Shown here: positions 57,743-64,000 of the stretch, piece after piece | How positions within the stretch are numbered: the stretch's first letter is position 1 | Layout of the letters: every line of letters begins with the position of its first letter | From: a virus | Lineage: Duplodnaviria; Caudoviricetes | Length of the DNA stretch: 64,000 nt | IMG/VR virus record: IMGVR_UViG_3300031993_000004 | Span: 64,001-128,000 of that record | Direction: 5' to 3' (one strand) | Notes under the pieces: model-generated | What the model was told of the DNA's origin: nothing | Seen by the model: only the letters and a program-made list of their open reading frames with translations | Databases searched by the model: none | Made by a program: the position numbers and the translations under genes

Positions 57743-60700
57743 ATGACCAATTTCCAATTGGAAAAGAATCAAAAACGAAATCCGATGGCAGAGTATCTGT
57801 TCAAGATTCAACAAATTGTCACAAATACTTCATTCAAAGACAAGGACGAAGCCGCTCGGTATGAGACGCTTGATATGAAACTGAATGGCGAGAAATATAT
57901 CCGTGCCAAAACAGAACGTGATATATTCGAGTCATACGAATATGATCCGAGATATGTTTACCAGGTATTGCTGGAATCGGGAATCAACGAAATGCGAATT
58001 CCTGCGATGGTTGAAAACATGTCGCTGATCCCGCCTGCAATCCGAAACAAACTGATGATTGATGCACGCGAGCAGTTCATCCAGAATTATACTGAAGAAA
58101 ATCCGTATTATGTCATGTTGGCTGGTAAACCGTTTCCCGGTTCAGTTAACATCCCACCCGAGAATGTGTTGACAATTCCTGATGAGTTCTATTATATCTA
58201 TCAGAACGTCAATGCAATCGAACGCAATCAGGCTGTTCATGAAATGCCGATCAAGTATCAAGAGTTATTCATGAACACGCCGTACTATCGGCAGATGTTG
58301 ATCGATTATCCAAAGAATCGATATCTGAAGTATCTGGGTTCGCATGCAATTCCATATGAAGTATCTCGTGCAGCGCACGACGGTGATATCATGAAGATTA
58401 ATGTTGACTCATTGTCAGCAGCGCATCCGGTCTTCGGTAATGTAACCGTCGAGCATCCGCTGATTCATCTGTTTACCAACACATATCATGAGACACATTC
58501 ATATGTGTACGGCGCGTTGCGCGGTGATTTTGGAGACATCTACGCAAACTATAATTCTTTCATCAGATTTTTGACGATATATATGGCAATCGGTGGATGC
58601 CTGAATAAGCTGATGAAGGACTCCGCATCCATGATCTATATCAATAAATCAACCGCAAACGATTTCTTCATGCTGTATGGTCTGCCTTCTGTAATCATGG
58701 AAGGAGCGTCCATGATTTCATTCTTGAAACAATTCAGAATGATCTTAATGGACAAGGGCACGAATATTGTATATCGTGTTAAGGATCTGATCGGTTATGA
58801 ATACACCGACATCTACACACTTGTCATGGTCAAGCAGCAAGTGTTTGAGAAAGGTCAACCGAAATACACTACCGACGAAAAAGGAAATCGCATTCCTGTT
58901 CAGGAAATCGTATTTCGTAGATTGGGTGTCACGGATGAGAATGTCTCATATTTCAAGTTCCGTGATTCTCGAGAGACGTATACATTGGAACAGATCACAT
59001 CCGGAGATCCTCGTTGGTGGAACACGCCGGAAGTTGATCAGATGTTGACAGACATGAATTATACATTGTCGAATTCCAAGTATATCCAGTTGTCGACACA
59101 TTTGTCTATGACAGATATCTATTGGCAATGTGTAATTCTGGTTCGCGGTCTTTTAGACAATCGATATGAAACGGAACACATTAATCTTGCAACGAATCTG
59201 AACATGGGTGGAGATTCAGAGATATCTGTATTTGATGCCGTGTTGATTCTCGAGATCCTGATGAACTGGCATATCACAACTGTACGCGGCGACTCTTTGC
59301 ACGGCGATATGTATTTGCCAAACGGAACATACGAGGGAATGGCTGCATGTGTTGATATGTTATTCAACGGATTGGATGAATATGGCAATCCGTTGCCATT
59401 GAAGCCAGGTCTTCCATTCAAGGTGTCTTCGTTCAACTTTGATTTTCCCGAAGAACATAGAGAATTCTTCAACCAGATTCTTCCTGAGATGGAATACATT
59501 GATCCTGATACGTTCATTCCAATGCTGAACCGAGTCTTCCAACGGCAAGAAAATAACATCGGTGAAGTATTAATGGGTGACGTTAAAAAGATATACCATT
59601 ATCTTGAACTGAAACTGCTTGGATGCGTAAACATCCATCAGTTCAGACAAGTCACCGATGTATTCAGCAGATTGTTCCTGGTTGATCCTGAACGCGACTG
59701 GTATGAAGAAGGTATGATCGATGTCGACGCGTATTTGTGCGAGACATACAGAATTTCATTGTACGAACTAAGCACGCTGAAGGCGTTCTTCAATTCTGAT
59801 ACTTCAAAACCGGAAGACTTTGACGTTGAATACAATGATAAAGTATATCCGATTTATTTGTATCAGATTATGAATGAAGATGTTTTGCATATTGAAATCA
59901 ATGGGGAAGTTCCTTTCCAGGACAACAGATTTGTCGAAGCATTCATCGCGGCATTTGATCAGTATCCACCGAATAAGGATGAAGATCCGGTCAAGAATTC
60001 GAACTTGCCGATTAACGTTCGCAATTCGTATAAGAGCATCATCTCGGATAAAGTCGTGCTCGATGTTGGTAATGGGCTGAATGGACCTAGAACATTTGAA
60101 GCTCTGTTGTTCAGAAATAATCCTGACATCTATAAGCATCTGATTTCTCTGAGAAGTAACTCTGAATCTCTGATACTGATCATGCGGTCCATCGTAAAAT
60201 CTCTCGAGAGCTACACGAACTCTGCTTTGACAGGTTTGGAATTCTCGGCAATCGGTCAACAGGAGTACTTCAAAATTTTGAAAGCCGTTATTAGTTACTT
60301 TAAATCATACATGGTTGAATATACGAAAGACGAATTCATTTACGTGTTTGATGGACTGTTCGACAATGGCGGAAACTCTAACATGCTGAATCTATATGAC
60401 GAGATTACGAGCGGAACGATTCGCATGGTTCCACAGGATTCATTGACACTTCATGATGCATCATGTGCTGTTAACGTATATAAATTCGGAGATGGTGGCT
60501 TGACGACAATGTATGACGAAATGCAAGTTCATCGCCGCGCAGCATACAAAAAAATCAAACAATTGGGATATGACATTATCTTTGACACACCATACGGGAT
60601 TACCAAATTCCCGATGGACGTACCAGGGGAAGACGACAAGATTGAATTCTCGGTGTATGAAGTTGACGGAAGTTATCAGGTAAGAATCTTCTTAAAATAA
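57743..60700 (+). CDS. large conserved jumbo-phage virion structural protein (putative)
   Basis: 985 aa; EENPYYVMLAGKP motif recalled from phiKZ/AR9-like structural proteins. Confidence 0.5.
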   Translation: MTNFQLEKNQKRNPMAEYLFKIQQIVTNTSFKDKDEAARYETLDMKLNGEKYIRAKTERDIFESYEYDPRYVYQVLLESGINEMRIPAMVENMSLIPPAIRNKLMIDAREQFIQNYTEENPYYVMLAGKPFPGSVNIPPENVLTIPDEFYYIYQNVNAIERNQAVHEMPIKYQELFMNTPYYRQMLIDYPKNRYLKYLGSHAIPYEVSRAAHDGDIMKINVDSLSAAHPVFGNVTVEHPLIHLFTNTYHETHSYVYGALRGDFGDIYANYNSFIRFLTIYMAIGGCLNKLMKDSASMIYINKSTANDFFMLYGLPSVIMEGASMISFLKQFRMILMDKGTNIVYRVKDLIGYEYTDIYTLVMVKQQVFEKGQPKYTTDEKGNRIPVQEIVFRRLGVTDENVSYFKFRDSRETYTLEQITSGDPRWWNTPEVDQMLTDMNYTLSNSKYIQLSTHLSMTDIYWQCVILVRGLLDNRYETEHINLATNLNMGGDSEISVFDAVLILEILMNWHITTVRGDSLHGDMYLPNGTYEGMAACVDMLFNGLDEYGNPLPLKPGLPFKVSSFNFDFPEEHREFFNQILPEMEYIDPDTFIPMLNRVFQRQENNIGEVLMGDVKKIYHYLELKLLGCVNIHQFRQVTDVFSRLFLVDPERDWYEEGMIDVDAYLCETYRISLYELSTLKAFFNSDTSKPEDFDVEYNDKVYPIYLYQIMNEDVLHIEINGEVPFQDNRFVEAFIAAFDQYPPNKDEDPVKNSNLPINVRNSYKSIISDKVVLDVGNGLNGPRTFEALLFRNNPDIYKHLISLRSNSESLILIMRSIVKSLESYTNSALTGLEFSAIGQQEYFKILKAVISYFKSYMVEYTKDEFIYVFDGLFDNGGNSNMLNLYDEITSGTIRMVPQDSLTLHDASCAVNVYKFGDGGLTTMYDEMQVHRRAAYKKIKQLGYDIIFDTPYGITKFPMDVPGEDDKIEFSVYEVDGSYQVRIFLK

Positions 60701-60705
60701 AAAAT

Positions 60706-60733
60706 GAGATGCGGGGGCTTTCGCCCCCGCATT
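60706..60733. terminator. bidirectional terminator
   Basis: ATGCGGGGGC-TTTC-GCCCCCGCAT between convergent genes. Confidence 0.75.
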
Positions 60734-60739
60734 GTCATC

Positions 60740-61180
60740 TCATTGTGCTTTATCAACTGCGGTCGGATCGACCAGCACTTCAATCGTGCCGATCTTTCCT
60801 CCCATATTAAGTTGGACACAAGCCAGTCCGCTTGCGGGATCGATCCCTTTGAACTTCCCGTTGAACTTTGGCACGACCTCGCCGGTTGTTTGATTAAGTG
60901 TGCCCGCGGCGAGCACGACTTTTTCGTTCAGATCAATCGTCTGCACCGGTGGCTGCGGCTCGATAATTTCCGCTGCCACGGGTTCGGTGGAGCAACAGTC
61001 GTCAAACTCCTCCGGATCATATGTCATCGATCCGGCGGGCATCGGCATTGATGCCATCTTCCGACGTTCCCACCATCTGGTCGCCGCAACGTCGATCGCT
61101 GAGAGGACATTTTGTGTCGTCAGCGCGACGAGCATACCGGCGATTTCTGCACCGGTGATGCCGAACAGAACAAAACTCAT
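60740..61180 (-). CDS. hypothetical membrane-associated protein
   Basis: 146 aa, AAGGAGG RBS, hydrophobic N-terminus. Confidence 0.65.
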   Translation of the reverse strand: MSFVLFGITGAEIAGMLVALTTQNVLSAIDVAATRWWERRKMASMPMPAGSMTYDPEEFDDCCSTEPVAAEIIEPQPPVQTIDLNEKVVLAAGTLNQTTGEVVPKFNGKFKGIDPASGLACVQLNMGGKIGTIEVLVDPTAVDKAQ

Positions 61181-61318
61181 TGTTTTTCCTCCTTATTCAT
61201 TTATGTGGTTTACATCTGTGATCTCCTTGTCAATCCCAGGATGTCATGAGCAGCTTGTTACAGAGTGACTATCAGCCAGGTAACAAGCTGCTCCAGCAGC
61301 TTCTGAAACAATTACTCT

Positions 61319-61576
61319 TCAGAAGCCGCAATTCTGCGACCCACGAAGGCTCGCTGTTGTTGTGGCCACTTCGGAACCGCTTCCGACGCTGTCGATAACC
61401 GGGATATCACATCCGGATTCGAATCGGCGCTGGTACCACCGCATTGCAGCGGCGCCGGCAACGAGAGATACAGCCGAGATTGCCACGCCCTTTGCGAGGG
61501 AGATTCCGGCGTGTTTCAAATATTCGCGCCGGATCATTCTTTTTTCTTCAGGGGTATACTGCTGCTGCTGTCTCAT
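61319..61576 (-). CDS. small membrane protein
   Basis: 85 aa, AAAGGAG RBS, TM GVAISAVSLVAGAAAM. Confidence 0.65.
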   Translation of the reverse strand: MRQQQQYTPEEKRMIRREYLKHAGISLAKGVAISAVSLVAGAAAMRWYQRRFESGCDIPVIDSVGSGSEVATTTASLRGSQNCGF

Positions 61577-61690
61577 GGATATTCTCCTTTTCTGTAGATT
61601 ACTAACTCGGTATTACTCTGGGACGAACCTACAAACTCCCAGTACCTCTTGCGAATATGACACACTTGTGGGCAGTGTGTCTCCTATTCA

Positions 61691-61709
61691 TAATAATAAT
61701 ATATATATG
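61691..61709 (-). promoter_or_regulatory. putative early promoter motif (minus strand)
   Basis: Reverse complement CATATATATATTATTATTA upstream of 61576. Confidence 0.55.
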
Positions 61710-61755
61710 AATTGGCAAAAAATAAGGGTATGTGGGGGCTCGCGCCCCCACACTT

Positions 61756-61989
61756 TTACCCACGGCATGCCGGATCTTTTGCTTCCGACATCTGCTTCAT
61801 CATATCGTCGTAATACTTCTTGGGATCCTGAGACATCTGAAATGCCTCGGGAAGCTTCAAGCCATGCAGACGAATCGTATTGCCGTCGGGATTCGTCAGC
61901 GTATAATCATGGAAGTCATTATGAGTTGTACTCAGATATGAATATCTGTATCCATCTTTTTCACCCTCATACGGTATTGCTTTTGGCAT
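61756..61989 (-). CDS. hypothetical protein
   Basis: 77 aa, coupled to the SbcC stop. Confidence 0.5.
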   Translation of the reverse strand: MPKAIPYEGEKDGYRYSYLSTTHNDFHDYTLTNPDGNTIRLHGLKLPEAFQMSQDPKKYYDDMMKQMSEAKDPACRG

Positions 61990-64000
61990 TATGATTCACC
62001 ACCTTTCTGATTGTCTATGATTTCAGATATATCAATTGTCTTTACGATGTGTGCAAACTGTCCTTTCTGAAGATTGTGCGAGATCAAGAACATTTGTTCC
62101 ATTCCGAGTTTACCCATCATAGCCTCCAACATCAGAATGAAATCATCTCGAATTGATATATCTAGATATGCATCGATCTCATCTACAAGCGGGATATTGA
62201 ATTGCGATAGAGATGATGCGAGCGAGAGAGACAAAGCCAACGATAACAATGTTGACTCTGATTGCGAGCCATAACGGATGTCAGCAGATTGATTACTACC
62301 ACATCTGAAAGGCAACGCAAAATTGTTTTCATCAATAACCGGATGAAGTAATTCGATCTCATGATCATACATCACATCCAGTAATTGATTTGCTGTGTGG
62401 ATTGCGCGTTCAACTGTATCGCGAATTGCAATGACGGGAATTCCTTTTGTGGAGGAAGTGGCTTCTGCAATCGCTTTGTATGTTGAATCCTTTTGTGAAT
62501 GCTGGTCGATTTCTGCAGTCGTTTTCACATACTGATCAAACGCTTTTTCCAATACATCCAACTCTGATACCAGAGATTTGTGCTGTGCGACACACTGGTT
62601 GTATTGAAGGGTCGTCGTATGAAGTTCTGTTTCTGCAGATTTCTGACGGTCGATAATCGTTTGTAGTTGGGTCTTTCTTTGCTGAAGGGTACCGATATCG
62701 ACACGTTTTATATTAGACAGCATCAAACGCTTTTCGTCTGTTGCTGCTAATTGCGTTGTAATATCCGCAATCGTCTGATCAAGTTCTGCCAACGATTGTT
62801 TCATTTTTTCCAACATCTGATCGAAGTTTTCGGTGTCGGCCAGATCAATATTGGCAGATAAGCGTTCCTGGATTACTTTCAGAGATTGTTCGCTTTCATG
62901 AATCTGCTGAATATACTGACCACGTTGTTCCATCTTGGTTGCTTCTTCAATCAGACGTTTGATCATATCAACATCAACACCGAATCCAAATTTCAACATA
63001 CTATTTGAAATTGATTTAATCGAGAACATTTCTCGGATTAATTCGTTCGGAATTTCGATATTGATCAGACGCTTAATAGTCTGGATATTTTTGTACGCAT
63101 GATCCATTTGTTCCAAATCATATTGTGTATAAGCACCACTTTCAGATGATTGATATGATTTGAAGTACGAATCAAATGCGTCATAGACCCGTCGATAGAG
63201 ACAATTTTCTATGCTACATCGCGATTGATCTGGGATTTCGCCGTCGATTGAACTCATCATTGTTCTGATGTATGATATCACAGATTTCTCTTTCTGAGAA
63301 TCTAATACATCTGCACCAGCTTTCATCAGAAATGCAGACACATCAATTCCATGTGTTATCATGTCGATCATGAATTCAAGATGTTCGCGTTTCAAAGATG
63401 AAATGATTTCTTTGCATGTTGAATTGATAGCCTGCGCCAGTGACAACATCGTCATCAGATACGACGATGTCAATTCCGCGACAACCGGATCTGGTTTTAA
63501 TAGCGAAACCTTTTCTTTCAACATTTCAATTGTGTTTTCCAATGCGTTTTTGTCTTCAATCGATTGTCTGTATGAGCGTGCGATTTCAGCGGCTTTGTGT
63601 TGTTTGTCATATACATCATCAATGTCCTTTAACAGAATCTCACGTTGTGCTTTCGTGTCTGACAGTTTCTGATTAAGTGAGATTTGTAGTTCGACGAGTT
63701 TATCCGGAAGATCCGGTTCATAGCTTCCACCGAGTTGAGCAATGTTCCTTTCATATTCTTCAATGGATGCGTTAACGCTGTAAAATTCTTGTGTCGGGTT
63801 TTGTTGCATGATTGACAAAACCATTCCCTGCAGTTTGTCCATAGTTGATTTCAGCTGCTGAACCTCGTACTCGAGTTTGTCACGTTCTGAACGTTTCGCA
63901 TCAACCTGAGCAAATAACGATTCATATGAACCATATGTGGTCAACAAATATTCACGTGTGTGGTTTAAAGATTCAATCAATCGGCTTGTGAATCTGTAAT
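61989..64000 (-). CDS. SbcC/Rad50-like SMC ATPase, C-terminal part (5' end outside window)
   Basis: Long coiled coil, CSIENC hook-like motif, signature YGSQSE, Walker B PLVDEIDAYLD, H-loop LISH. Confidence 0.85.
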   Translation of the reverse strand, partial: YRFTSRLIESLNHTREYLLTTYGSYESLFAQVDAKRSERDKLEYEVQQLKSTMDKLQGMVLSIMQQNPTQEFYSVNASIEEYERNIAQLGGSYEPDLPDKLVELQISLNQKLSDTKAQREILLKDIDDVYDKQHKAAEIARSYRQSIEDKNALENTIEMLKEKVSLLKPDPVVAELTSSYLMTMLSLAQAINSTCKEIISSLKREHLEFMIDMITHGIDVSAFLMKAGADVLDSQKEKSVISYIRTMMSSIDGEIPDQSRCSIENCLYRRVYDAFDSYFKSYQSSESGAYTQYDLEQMDHAYKNIQTIKRLINIEIPNELIREMFSIKSISNSMLKFGFGVDVDMIKRLIEEATKMEQRGQYIQQIHESEQSLKVIQERLSANIDLADTENFDQMLEKMKQSLAELDQTIADITTQLAATDEKRLMLSNIKRVDIGTLQQRKTQLQTIIDRQKSAETELHTTTLQYNQCVAQHKSLVSELDVLEKAFDQYVKTTAEIDQHSQKDSTYKAIAEATSSTKGIPVIAIRDTVERAIHTANQLLDVMYDHEIELLHPVIDENNFALPFRCGSNQSADIRYGSQSESTLLSLALSLSLASSLSQFNIPLVDEIDAYLDISIRDDFILMLEAMMGKLGMEQMFLISHNLQKGQFAHIVKTIDISEIIDNQKGGES

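Noticed and set aside
1-64000. Stop-codon reassignment, DGR/retron, tmRNA, chimallin/PhuZ
   Set aside because: Genes are intact and dense under code 11 with no suppressor tRNA seen; no reverse transcriptase motifs, tmRNA ends with tag, or recognisable shell/tubulin genes

Overview
This window is a 64-kb segment of a phiKZ/AR9-like jumbo phage genome, probably infecting a Firmicute (strong AGGAG RBSs; a Thr-rich-linker cell-wall protein suggests a Ruminococcus/Clostridia-type host, which is inference). It encodes a split multisubunit RNA polymerase beta N-terminal subunit, primase, DnaB-like helicase, SbcC/Rad50, a GroEL-like chaperonin, dCMP deaminase, a DUF5664-type dNTP diphosphohydrolase, a kinase-like protein, a paralogous head-protein family and large tail/baseplate proteins. 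A recurrent AT-rich TATATAT(T/C)ATT promoter-like motif and GC-rich hairpin terminators punctuate the window. The accessory region at about 14.6-31.1 kb is very rich in non-coding RNA: about 12 tRNA genes, several enlarged or permuted tRNA-like RNAs, a ROOL-like RNA of about 580 nt and an unassigned structured RNA of about 690 nt. The standout is a stand-alone Cas7/RAMP-fold gene (28269-29033) with its own promoter, flanked by two non-coding arrays of degenerate GY-NNN pentamers, with a third 2-kb array at 14654-16697. The arrays slip phase by +1 nt every ~5-9 units. This is a candidate CRISPR-independent RNA-guided system, VIPR-like but with a GY-NNN rather than GGY-NN grammar. All assignments come from reading motifs by eye; no searches were run.
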